A stretch of 64,000 bases of DNA from Saprolegnia diclina VS20 (lineage: Eukaryota), in NCBI RefSeq assembly GCF_000281045.1, contig NW_008246081.1:548204-612203 (forward strand), read 5' to 3'. Position numbers and translations under genes: made by a program. Positions 37,801 to 48,100 of this stretch are shown here, one piece after another. Position 1 is the first letter of the stretch. Each line of letters begins with the position of its first letter. Under the pieces are notes generated by a model. The model worked only from the letters and a program-made list of their open reading frames with translations. It was not told the DNA's origin and did no database searches.

Positions 37801-38957
37801 TCTTTGGCGACCTCGGCACCCATGCGAATCACCTGATCGAGTATTTCAAGGCGATTCCCAACACGCCGCCGCTCCTTCCGGGCGCCAACCCCGCGACGTG
37901 GATGCTCGAGGTCATTGGCGCCGGTGTCGAGGCCAAGAACGCCCACCCGAAGGACTACGTCCAGATCTTCAACGACTCGGTCGAGCGCCGGTACCTCGCC
38001 GAGGCGCTTGCGATCCACGCCAACGTGCACCCGTCGCTGCCCGAGCTCACGTTTGCCAAGAAGCGCGCCGCGTCTTCGCTGACGCAGTTCAAGTACCTCA
38101 CGCAGCGCTTCTTCCGCATGTACTGGCGCACGCCGTCGTACAACAACACGCGACTCTTCATCTCGGTCTTCCTCGCAATCCTCTTTGGGCTTGTCTACCG
38201 CGGTGTCGACTACACGACGTTCTCGGGCGCGACCGGTGGTGTCGGCATGGTCTTCATGACGTCGCTCTTCGTCGGCATGATCTCGTTCAACAGCGTCATT
38301 CCGCTCGCCGGCGAAGAGCGCGCGTCCTTCTACCGCGAGCGCGCGGCACAGACGTACAACGCGCTCTGGTACTTTGTCGGGTCGACGCTCGCCGAGATCC
38401 CGTACGTGTTTGTCTCGACGTTTCTCTTCACGATCATCTACTACCCGTTCGTGGGCCTGAACGAGTCGGTGGGCGCGTGCGTCTTTTACGGCTTCAACCT
38501 CTCGCTCCTCGTCTTGATGAACGTCTACCTCGGCCAGCTCATGGCGTACGCGATGCCGTCGGTGGAAGTCGCCGCGCTCATCGGCATCCTCCTCAACTCG
38601 ATCTTCTTCCTCTTCATGGGCTTCACGCCCACCGCGTCCAACATCCCGAGTGGGTACCGCTGGCTCTACACGATCGTGCCGCCCAAGTACTCGATGGCAA
38701 TTCTGACGTCGCAAACATTTGCCAAATGCACGGGCGACAAGACGCAGCTCGGGTGCCAGACGATGAAGAACGTGCCGCCGAGTATTCTCCAGCAGATGAA
38801 CGCGAGTAGCGTCAGCGTCAAGGAGTACGTGGAACACACGTACGAGATGTACTACGACGACGCGCTCCTCGACATTGTCGTCGTGCTCGGCTGCATCGTG
38901 TTTTTCCGCATCCTCGCGGTGCTCGCGCTCCGCTTTGTCAACCACCAAAAGAGATAG
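34887..38957 (+). CDS. Full-size ABCG / pleiotropic drug resistance (PDR) transporter, intronless
   Basis: NBD-TMD-NBD-TMD order; GQPGSGKS, VSGGERKRV, MDEISTGLDS; GSSGAGKT, SVEQMKRLTIG, LDEPTSGLD. Confidence 0.97.
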   Translation: MAPAPQSADAFLQDGSDAFHASLANQLQSSLGKDMPQLEIRFKDLAIAADVIVATKNGSELPTLVNEVKKGVMGLFSAKRSIRKDILHPMSGVFKPSTTTLVLGQPGSGKSSLMKILSGRFLLTKNISVGGEVTFNGTPSAALGPKLPQFASYISQRDFHYPTLTVKETLQFAHECSGGAVVPQRILDSLTNGTPEENAQAQAVITALFAVFPDIVTRQMGLKICEDTIVGNGMLRGVSGGERKRVTVGEMEFGMKMVSFMDEISTGLDSAATYDIVKAQKGMAASLKKTIVIALLQPSPEVYNLFDDVLLLNEGHVMYHGPRATCLAYFESLGFKCPPHRDVADFLLDLGTPEQDQYLVSSRLATAPRFPSEYASVFTESSIYAHMMGHLSAPPHPLLVQDATHHIGSLPEYHVPFGKSTKALVQRQVTVFLRNKEFVISRMVMVVVMGFLYSTSFYQVDSDQVITVLGVIFTTVMFLALGQIPTIPAHVEAREIFYKQKRANFFRTSSFILAQCTTQIPFAFLETVIFGAVMYWVTGFTSNVGSFLTYLLVLFVTNLAFTTWFFFLASIAPNLHVAEPVSMVSVLFYVLFAGFIMSADDMPDYFVWIHWIDPLAWCIRALAINQYSASEFQICEYKGIDYCKRTGDNFGNSQLKQYGVKTDTAWIWYGVFFLAASYFFFMFLAYLALEYIQYDPAEHTIVVNEDEDEMLRDTDGNKAESAYAEPPKTPQHAVVNVHEAAQRASVPVTLAFEDLWYSVPNPTKGEPDLKLLKGINGYALPGTITALMGSSGAGKTTLMDVIAGRKTGGKIEGKILLNGYPATDIAIRRSTGYCEQMDIHSESATFREAFQFSAMLRQSDEIPAAEKLAFAEECLDILDMKSLGDKIIRGASVEQMKRLTIGVELAASPSVLFLDEPTSGLDARSAKIIMTGIRKIASTGRTVVCTIHQPSTEVFEMFDSLLLLKRGGETVFFGDLGTHANHLIEYFKAIPNTPPLLPGANPATWMLEVIGAGVEAKNAHPKDYVQIFNDSVERRYLAEALAIHANVHPSLPELTFAKKRAASSLTQFKYLTQRFFRMYWRTPSYNNTRLFISVFLAILFGLVYRGVDYTTFSGATGGVGMVFMTSLFVGMISFNSVIPLAGEERASFYRERAAQTYNALWYFVGSTLAEIPYVFVSTFLFTIIYYPFVGLNESVGACVFYGFNLSLLVLMNVYLGQLMAYAMPSVEVAALIGILLNSIFFLFMGFTPTASNIPSGYRWLYTIVPPKYSMAILTSQTFAKCTGDKTQLGCQTMKNVPPSILQQMNASSVSVKEYVEHTYEMYYDDALLDIVVVLGCIVFFRILAVLALRFVNHQKR

Positions 38958-39399
38958 AGTAGTAACTTCCACAATATACACCATTTTGCTTGTTTCACCT
39001 TCGAATGTATACCATTTGTCGCATGGAGGGTGCACTCAAGAGGCACTTGGTGTGTACTCGTACTCGTATATCGACATCGCTTCCACGACCGAAGCGTCCT
39101 CTCTTTCACAGAACCATTGAACACCTACCCTAATGAACGTGGTCACGGTGAGCTGGGCACATGAGCATGCATGCCACACAGCATGGGTGCGTCAGTATAC
39201 CAACGAATGGCGTTGGACGCAGCATTCGAGCATCCATCACGATGCTGGGCCGTCGAAGATACACGATCGAGTGCTGGTCAGTTGCGCGTCAGGGACTAGT
39301 TTGGGGTCACAAACCTATCCCTAGGAAAGGGCTAGTATCGACATCTGTGACGATTTTGTTCAACCAACCACGTCGCTTTGAAGAGTACTGCATTTATGG

Positions 39400-40887
39400 T
39401 TACGACGACCACGGCTGAAAGCGGAACGAGAGCGGCTTGTCGGGCACGATGAGAAGGCGCAGAATGCCTTTGGGGTGCGCCTCGTTGGGGATCCACTGAA
39501 TCTCCATCTCGCGCAAGAGGTGCGCCAGAAGCAGGTACATTTCGGTCTCAGCAAGGCGTCGGCCCACGCAGCTGCGCGCACCAATGCCAAACGGCAGCGT
39601 CGAGTACGCTTGCTGCTTGCGGTTGTCCGCGTCCTTCTTCTCGCGGTCCATCCAGCGCTCGGGCGCAAACACCTCGGGGTGCTCAAAGATGTCGGGGTCC
39701 CGGCTCATTGTGTACGTGGCCATGAGCACACTCGTGCCTTTTGGAACTTGGTACCCGGCGAGCGTCACGTCGTCGCCAGCGTAGCGCTGGTTGGGCGTCG
39801 CGGACGGGTATAGCCGCAGCGTCTCTTTCACACAAGCGCGCAAGTACGAGAGACGAGTGAGGGCGGCTTCGTCCATGGGGCCCGACCCAATCTCGTCGCG
39901 GATGCGCGCTTGCATCTCGCGGCCGTTTGGAGCGGTCGCGAGGCAGTACATGGTCCAGAGCAGCGTATTGCCCGTCGTGTCGACGCCGGCAAAGAGCACG
40001 TCAATCGCGAGGCTAATGGCTTCGCGCTCGTCGAGCTCAGGTCGCTGCAGAAAGGTGCTGAGGAGGTCCGGCTCGGGCGAGGCGTCGGTGCACGCGATCT
40101 TGTCGCGCATGAGCTGATAGCCAAGGTCAAAGATGTAGTCGCAGTGGGCCGCGTGGGCGCGGTACGCGGGTACGTACGGGTAGATCCACGTGGGCACCTC
40201 GGGCGGGATGATGTGCAGCTGCTGCGTCGTGTCAAAGAAGCCGTCGACAGCGTCGATGAACGCTTGGGCGGCCGGCGGGATCGGCGTCGACGGGTCTGGC
40301 GACAAGCAGCCCATGCGCTTCCCAAAGACGAGCGACGAGACCGCTTCGAGTGCAAACGCCTTCATGATGTTGGTGACGGCAACCGGCGCCCCGTGTTGCG
40401 CTTCGGTCGCAATACGCGCAACGACATCCTTGGCGACGTCGTCGATGCGCCCGATCCACGCGGGTACATTGTGCATTTGTAGCAAGTTCTCGCTCATGCT
40501 CGCCCGGGACTTTTTCCACTCGGCAAATACGTTGGTGTTGGAGGTCGCCATGGGCCACTGCCGCTGCTGCCGGTACAGGGTCCACGCAGGAAAGAGGTGG
40601 CGCTGCGGCATCGCGCCTTCGGTGCGACACACGAGCGCGGTCGCTTCTGGGTCGGCGACCGAGACAAGGTACGGTGTGAACGGCGCGAATCGCAGCTTGA
40701 AGATCGGGCCGAGCTCGCGGTGGAGGGTCTGGAAGCGCTCGTACGTGACGCGGAGTCCATTGTTGCGGATGAAGTAGAGACCACTCGACTTGAACGGCCC
40801 GAAGCCGTACTCGGGCGCGGTCGGGATGTCGTCCCAGGCGCGCGCGGCCGTCGACTTGGCGCGGCGACCAGCAGATTGGCGCAGCAT
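39400..40887 (-). CDS. Cytochrome P450, mitochondrial-clan-like (copy 1)
   Basis: I-helix AGVDTT, KETLR, PERW, heme motif FGIGARSCVG; basic, non-hydrophobic N-terminus. Confidence 0.96.
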   Translation of the reverse strand: MLRQSAGRRAKSTAARAWDDIPTAPEYGFGPFKSSGLYFIRNNGLRVTYERFQTLHRELGPIFKLRFAPFTPYLVSVADPEATALVCRTEGAMPQRHLFPAWTLYRQQRQWPMATSNTNVFAEWKKSRASMSENLLQMHNVPAWIGRIDDVAKDVVARIATEAQHGAPVAVTNIMKAFALEAVSSLVFGKRMGCLSPDPSTPIPPAAQAFIDAVDGFFDTTQQLHIIPPEVPTWIYPYVPAYRAHAAHCDYIFDLGYQLMRDKIACTDASPEPDLLSTFLQRPELDEREAISLAIDVLFAGVDTTGNTLLWTMYCLATAPNGREMQARIRDEIGSGPMDEAALTRLSYLRACVKETLRLYPSATPNQRYAGDDVTLAGYQVPKGTSVLMATYTMSRDPDIFEHPEVFAPERWMDREKKDADNRKQQAYSTLPFGIGARSCVGRRLAETEMYLLLAHLLREMEIQWIPNEAHPKGILRLLIVPDKPLSFRFQPWSS

Positions 40888-41271
40888 CTCGCGTATCGAG
40901 TGCGCTGCAGAGACACGATCGAAAACTGAGCCTCAACACTCATCCAATGTACGAGTACACGGTACGCTTGAGGTTGCGGACGCGAAATCGATGTGTTGGA
41001 CGCACGCCATGGTCTCGATCGTCGAATCTTGCGGGCTGGAAGCAGTCGAGACGACCGATTTGGTCATGAAAGCAGGCGAGAGCCCTCGTGCTATCGCACA
41101 TCTGCCAAGGCGACGATGGACGCGCCACTACCGGCACTCTTGAAGCGTGAGTAATATTTGGCGCCATCCAGATTGTGAGCGTACAAACGGCCCAGAACGT
41201 TTGCCAGAAAGGACATGTGCCTGTCGTAACGAGTCGTGCCAATACCTGGATGATAAAGCTCTAGGCTATAA

Positions 41272-41352
41272 TAGCTTTTCTTCAAAGGTGTTCGCTGGGT
41301 ACATCTAGCTTAGAGCTCTAGCTTTTCTTTAAAGGTGTTCGCGGGGTACATC
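41272..41352. repeat. 34-bp direct repeat (2 copies, period 47)
   Basis: TAGCTTTTCTTCAAAGGTGTTCGCTGGGTACATC (41272-41305) versus TAGCTTTTCTTTAAAGGTGTTCGCGGGGTACATC (41319-41352); 2 mismatches. Confidence 0.9.
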
Positions 41353-43355
41353 CATGAAATGTACGTGCACTCCATGCAGTACATGTACCCAGGGCGAAAT
41401 GCCATGTCGGTGTGACCGATTCCGCTCCTGGCAACAACCAGAACGTGAAACACCAGACAGAGGGAGGCCGTACTCCCTAAACACCGGCTAGTGTACTACA
41501 AAGAAGAACAGAAAATGGCAGCTAAGCTACGTCTACTGACTGCTGCCAAAGGCTGTACAGTCTCACATCAACGGGCTTCTGCTGTAGGACTAAACATGCA
41601 AACACACATCGCCTTGTCCCGGCCTAGTGGTGTTGACGTGGGCCAGGCTCACACCCGGTGCCCCACCACTGAATGCGACCAACGGTCACAGTGGTTGACG
41701 ACAAAGCTCGGCCTAGTTTCATCCATGTTCGTGTATGTGCGTACCTTCCCACTCGCATGCTGCCCTCGAGTCTCGTACCTTTCGTGATTAAGATACGCCC
41801 GGATAGGATAAAGTGGTTAGGGCAACGTTGGCAAAAAGAGAAGCAGCAGCAGCGCCGCCCCGAGTCCCGCAACGGCTGGCCCTTTACGAGGGAGCATCGC
41901 GCCCTTCACCACACAAGTTCATGTGCCTGGCCTGCCGAAGCGGTCCTCGGCTTGACTGCTGCTGCTGCTGCACCTTTGCCTATGAAGAATTGCGCGCTGC
42001 CACCCTAACGTTAGGGAGAAACATGTTGGACGCATTTACAATGCGAGGAGAATACCTTTTCATGGACGGCGACGGAAAAGGGCCTGCGCCAGCGGGGACT
42101 GAACCCTGTGCCTTCCGCTTACGCAGCTGAAATCCACCGACTAGACAAAGGGGCGCCACGAAGTACGACCCGCAACGTGCCATGCGTTGAGTTGAAAAAA
42201 GCGAACAGGAGCTTGATGACAGCACCGATGCAGCGTATGGTCGCTTCGTTGGTAGCCGCGAGCTAGCGTAAATGCTGCACGACCATCCATGGGTTACGCT
42301 GCCGACTTTGTCCTCGCGGTCCTCAGTACGTACATTGTAGTTGTATCTAGACAAAACCCTATCCCCAGTTTAGAAAACAGCTGAACAAAATGTGAGGTTG
42401 GACGCATCTGTGGAAGATGAATGTCGACCACCGCCAATGTGACTGTCGGTCCAACGTAGTCGAGCGAGCTACGGCAGGATATTGAAGGAGCTCCAACAAG
42501 CATGCTGCAACTACCAGCACCGCCACACATTGCGAGCGCTATCCGGCGGTTCTTGTCGAACGTACTACACCACTGCAACCCCAGCGAGGCCATGCTTCGT
42601 GGCCGTCATCATCGTCGACGCACCTCTCTCGATGGTGACGACGAGACGCTGGGTCAGCTGCGTGCGATCGGTCGCTGCCACGTGCGGTGATGGTCGTCAT
42701 CCAGGCGAGTAGCCGCGAGCTGTTCTGAGCGTCTAACCAGCTGCGGAACCACTGAACTCATGCACGTTTGAGTGGACACATATCATGACAGATCGGGATG
42801 GGCAGGCAGCCGACGTACACTCGATGGCTCGGTAAACACGAGTTGCAGCGCTCCACAGCACCAAACGGGCCGCCACTCCATCCGTTCTGATAGTACAAGA
42901 ACGCAGCGCCTTTGGCCCACCGCTCGGACGCCTACGACGCCAGTGTACATACTTCTGATCGAAAATACCAAGCATTACCGCTGCTTCGAGCTCGTTCTTC
43001 TCTGGGACAGAGCCACTCTCGGCTCAGTTTGGAGCTAGTTCGGCTGCCTCGGTCGCTCCGAGTAGCTATGTCAGGTCGGTTTTCTACGGTACACGAAGCA
43101 TCACCACTTGACAAAACGAGCCTCCATGAAGCTCCAGCGCTCGCTCGCACGGCAATGGCGACGTTGCAGTTATGGCTTGTCTTCATCCTGCAACATACCG
43201 CGCTCGCATGGCATTCTTCGCGTTGGTGGCGAACGCCTGTCGCCTTGGGAGGGTGACGTGGCAGCCGCAGAGCGCACTTCAATGCCAGATGGCACGACCA
43301 TCCGAATCTCGCAGTCGTCGCCCTCTCTTCGTCTCGTTTGGCCTCGATGCGTTCT

Positions 43356-43373
43356 GTGCATTTGCGAATTTCC
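43356..43373 (+). promoter_or_regulatory. Candidate oomycete INR/FPR core promoter
   Basis: GTGCATTTGCGAATTTCC immediately precedes the P450 ATG at 43377, which supports this start over the upstream TTG. Confidence 0.4.
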
Positions 43374-43376
43374 AGC

Positions 43377-44876
43377 ATGTTGCGCAGCTGCCTTCGCCTC
43401 AAGTCGACTCTCGCCGCGCCCAAGCCGGTGACCGCGATCCCCAACGCGCCCGAGACCGGCGTCGGCCCCCTGCGCTCGAGCATGATGTACTTTACCAAGG
43501 GCGGCGGCTTCCAAGTACTCTTCAAGCACCTCCGTGCGCTTCACGACACGATCGGGCCCATTCTGCGCGTGCGCTTTGTGCCGTTCGGGCCGCGCATGGT
43601 GAGCGTCACGGACCTCGACGTGATCGCGCAGCTCTTCCGGAACGAAGGACCCGTGCCGCTGCGTGGCGCCGTGCCCGTGTGGGAGTACTATCGGCAAATC
43701 AAGCAGTGGCCGCGCACGACCGTCACGACCAACGACTATGCGATCTGGAAGAAGATGCGGTCGAGCTTGAGCGACCACTTGCTGCAGCCGCGCAACATTG
43801 GCCCGTGGCTGCCGCGGATCGACGCGATCGCCCAAGATGTCACGACGCGCTTCGAGCGCGAAGCCGCGGCGTCGCCCACTCGCGACGTGGATGTGACGCA
43901 CACGCTCAAGGCGTATACGCTCGAGTCGGTGAGCTCGGTCCTTTTTGGGAAGCGCATGGGCTGCTTGTCGGCCGACCACTTGACGCCGATCACGCCGGCC
44001 GCGCAGCGCTTCATCAACGCGGTGGTTGGCTTTTTCGAGACGACGCAGGCGCTCAACACGCTTCCGCCGTCGATGCCACCCATCTTGTTTTGGCTCTTTC
44101 CGGCGTTTTGGCGCCATGTCGGCCACGCGAACGTCATTTTTGAGATTGGGTTTGAGCTCATGACCGAGAAGCTCGCGTCGACCGAAGCGACCGCGCCCGA
44201 CTTGCTCACAGCGTTCCTGTTGCGCCCCGAGCTCACGGAGCGCGAGGCCATTACGCAGTGCATCGACCTCCTCTTCGCCGGCGTCGACACGACGTCCCAA
44301 GGCATTCTCTGGACGCTGTATGCGATCGCGACTTCGCACGACGCACTAGATCTCCAGCGCCAGCTCCGCGACGAAGTAACTGCGGCCATGGGCGACAAGA
44401 CGCAGCTGGATAAAGACGCCTTGTCCAAACTGCCGCTCGTGCGGGCGTGTGTCAAGGAGGCGCTGCGGCTCTACCCCGTCTTTAGCACGTCGATGCGCGT
44501 CATGCACGATGACACGACGCTTCTCGGGTACAGCGTGCCAAAGGGCACCCAAGTCCTCATGCCCATCTACGCCATGAGCCGCGATCGCAGCGTCTTTGCC
44601 GAGCCAGACACGTTTGTGCCCGAGCGCTGGCTCGGCCGCGAAGCGAAAAGCGCCGCCGACCGCAAGAAGGCTGCGTACGCGACACTGCCGTTTGGCATGG
44701 GCGCGCGGAGCTGCGCGGGCCGGCGCCTCGCCGAGACGGAGCACTACCTATTGCTCGCCCACATGGTGCGAACGATGCGCTTCGAGGTCGCCCCCGGCGT
44801 CGACCACCCGGAGCCGATCGTGCAGCTCGCACTCACGCCCGACAAGCCCCTCGTACTGCGCATGACGCCATGGTAG
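43377..44876 (+). CDS. Cytochrome P450, mitochondrial-clan-like (copy 2)
   Basis: AGVDTT, KEALR, PERW, FGMGARSCAG; N-terminus MLRSCLRLKSTLAAPKP. Confidence 0.96.
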   Translation: MLRSCLRLKSTLAAPKPVTAIPNAPETGVGPLRSSMMYFTKGGGFQVLFKHLRALHDTIGPILRVRFVPFGPRMVSVTDLDVIAQLFRNEGPVPLRGAVPVWEYYRQIKQWPRTTVTTNDYAIWKKMRSSLSDHLLQPRNIGPWLPRIDAIAQDVTTRFEREAAASPTRDVDVTHTLKAYTLESVSSVLFGKRMGCLSADHLTPITPAAQRFINAVVGFFETTQALNTLPPSMPPILFWLFPAFWRHVGHANVIFEIGFELMTEKLASTEATAPDLLTAFLLRPELTEREAITQCIDLLFAGVDTTSQGILWTLYAIATSHDALDLQRQLRDEVTAAMGDKTQLDKDALSKLPLVRACVKEALRLYPVFSTSMRVMHDDTTLLGYSVPKGTQVLMPIYAMSRDRSVFAEPDTFVPERWLGREAKSAADRKKAAYATLPFGMGARSCAGRRLAETEHYLLLAHMVRTMRFEVAPGVDHPEPIVQLALTPDKPLVLRMTPW

Positions 44877-45109
44877 CCACCCTCTGCTTGAGGAACCGGT
44901 AGGAGGATCGTGCTACGTCAGTGACCACTTTCTATATGTTGTATCTCGTGTCGTCCTAATCATGATCAACATGTTGTCTTGTGTTCTCGTCCGGAGGCGA
45001 AATGGCCGCTGGACGCGCCACGTCATCGGTGTAACGTTCTTTGACTTGACACATTGATACTAAAAGTGCAAACCAACCAAAACGCAGGACTCGACCAATG
45101 CCTTGAAGC

Positions 45110-48100
45110 TTAACGAACGCCATCACTACCCTCGGGAGAGGCGGCATGGTGCACGGGCGAAAGAACGCGTCGTCGACCTGACGCGGGCGTAGTCCGCATC
45201 GGCGACGCCGCAATCGTGTGCTGCGACACGGCGTAAGATGACGCGACGACCGTCACGTCGCTCTTCGGTCGACCGCTCTCGAGCCACTCGGTGTGCGCGA
45301 CAACAAGCGGCACCGGCGGTGCCATGGGCGCAAACGTCGACCGGAGCTTCGAGAACATTTTCCGCGAAGCAAACTCGATCAACGCAACTTTTTTCCAGCC
45401 GGCTGAGCGCGCCGCCGCCGTCGTCGTCGTCGGTGGGAGCAGCAGCTTCTTGAGGTGCCCGATTGACTCGTCGAGCTGCTCCGAGCCCGACTTGTAGGCA
45501 TCGGCCAGCGTCGGAATCCGCGGCGAGATCGCTTTGCGCTCGCGCTCGGCGTTGACAAGCGTAAAGCTCTCCGAGAAACCCGGCGCCGTCACCGGGTACA
45601 ACCCTGTCTGCAGCGTCGGCACGTCGACGGTCTTGAGCTGGCGCGCGTTCGACGGTCGCGCAAGCGGAAGCGGCCCGGCTTCGTGGCGCAGCAAAAAGTC
45701 CCGGTCTTGTTCCCACTCGCAGCCGCCGCTCGCATCGTCGCCGTCGAGCAAGGTGAGGAGCGTCGACGTCACGTGTGTCTCGCCCGGTACGTCTGGTCGG
45801 ACAAATTCGGCCAGCGTCGTGACCAAGTCGACACTCATGCGTTCGATGCTGAGCACCATTGGCGCCTTACCACTGTGGTCGCTCACGCGCTTGAGGTCGT
45901 CGAGGAGGTCCAGCGTCAGCGAAATGACACCATTTGTCGCGAGTAGCGGCTTGACGCTGAGCTTGCGCGCCAGGAGGCAAAAGCTGGCGATGCAGTTGCG
46001 CTTGATGTACAAGTTGGTCGTCGTCGCCAAGAGCGACGCAATGCACGGCACCGCGCCTACTTCGCATTTGCAAACCGACCGCAAGCGCCGACGTACCTTC
46101 GTCGACGAGCTGCTGGATGTTGCCCGGTGGCATGGCGAGCTTGCGTAGCACAGCCGAACAGAGCACGTTGCTCTCCATGCCCGCGTGGCTCGAGAGCCAT
46201 AGAATCGGCGCCAGCGCGCCCTGCCCGAGCATGATGGACGAGTTGACGCGGCCGAGGAGGAGGTTGCAGATGCCAATCGCCGCGTCTTCCCGCGCCACTT
46301 TGGTCACACTCCGCGTCGTGAAGATCGCGACCAAGAGCGACGTCGCGTGGGCGTTGACGAGCTGCGCGTGGCACGCGGCTTCGCAGCTCAAGTTGCGCAT
46401 GATCGCGGCACACATGGCGATCGAGATCGGCGCCTCTTCCTGCGACGCGACGATCGACGCGATCGCCGTCACGAGGCCGCCCTGACACATGTGCACGAGC
46501 AACGCGTCGCGGCACGAAATGTTGTACAACGTCCGCATGAGCAGCAGCATGACGTCGACGCACGGACCTTCTCGGATCGTATCGAGCATCTACTTGATAC
46601 ATTGAATCAATTGCGCATCGAGGAGGCGTGACTACCGTTGGCAGCAGCGTGTCGCTGAGGAGAAGCCCGTGGACGGTTGCGTCGTCGAGCGAGCAAATGT
46701 GGAGCAAGATGGCGCAGCAGTGCTTGGTTTTGACGTCGTTGGCGTGCAAAAGAACGTCGAGCATGCGGTAGACAGTATCATCGAGAAACTATCACATTTG
46801 GTCAGTGACAGCATAAAAGAATCAATACAAGGACCTTGACGCGCACGTCGTGGGACCATTGAAACGTGACGGTGAGGATTTGCGCCACGAGATGCATTTG
46901 GTCTTCCCGCGTCGTCTTCGTGAGGTGGTCGAGAGCGCTGAGGAGCCCCGCGTGCAGCAGCGGTCCCGCCACATCAATGTCGGTGAGGAGGTTTAAAATG
47001 CCTTGCAGCATCGTGATGCCACATGGGAGATCGTAAATGCGCTGGAGAATCCCGAGAAAGCACTGCAGCGTCGACGCCTGCATAGTTGCTCGAGAACACG
47101 TCATCGTGACATGTCATAGTACCTTGGCGAGCCCGCGGCGCGACTCCTTGTAGTACGAGAGACCGCAGAACGCGTCGGCCAAGAGCGAAAAGTCCTGTGG
47201 CTCGGACGACATGGCGAAAATCGTAAACGCCCACGGAAGCCCATCTTGGCACATAACGGGAATGTTGACTTCGGAGCGCATCAGGTTCATGACCTAGCCC
47301 CATGAACATGCCAGTTTGTCCTCGTTGCATCGACCAAGAGTAGTATACCGCCTTCATGCACATGCGGCGTGTGATCGCGTCGTTCGACTTGACGCACGAG
47401 ATGACGAGCAGCGCTTTGAGCGCGCCGTGCTTGACAAGCGTCACAATGTTGTCTTCGCTTGTCGAGAGATTGCAAAACGCGATCGCGCAAGCGCGTCGCA
47501 CTTCCTCTTCGGGCGCCGCGGCCAAGCTCGAGAGCGAGTGCACAATGCCCTTCTCGATGAGCTCGCGGCAAATGCTCGGGTCGCAGCTCAGATGCGAGTA
47601 GGAGCTCACGCAGAGCTGGAGCGTCTCGGGATTGTCATCGCTCGCGAGCAGCGAGAGCGCTGCAATGAGCCCGTTCTGCACCATACGAATGCGGCACGGT
47701 GCAATCAAGCCAAAGCGCGCAAAGCACGCTGCACAACCCGCGTTGACCGCAGCGTCGCCGCGGTCGCAGAGCTTGACGATCGCGCCAAACGTAGCGTCGA
47801 TGAGCGCCACGTACGCCTCGGGCGACAACTGCTGGCGGTCAAAGAGGACGCAGAGGATCTCAAGACACATGCAGGTACTGCTCGGTTTGGGCAAGAGCCG
47901 CACGAGCACTTCGAGGACACCGCTCTCGTAGATGCGCGAGTGCAAGCGCGGCTCGGCGCAGAGGTTGAAGAGCGTGCCGCAAGCGAGCGCGTGGACGTCG
48001 TCACGGGGGCTTTGGAGGCCAAAGTACAGCAGCCGGTGCATGGCTTCGTGCGCGAGGTCGAGCGCGTCAAAGTTGAAGCTCATGTTGTACAACAGCACGG

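Noticed and set aside
36423..39035. 870-aa antisense ORF over ABCG, and similar long antisense ORFs over PAF1, TRMT2A, XPD and the P450s
   Set aside because: Shadow ORFs expected from GC-rich third positions; the sense genes carry all the motifs.
41272..41352. 34-bp direct repeat as a mini CRISPR array
   Set aside because: Only two copies with a 13-nt spacer, no cas genes, and a eukaryotic context.
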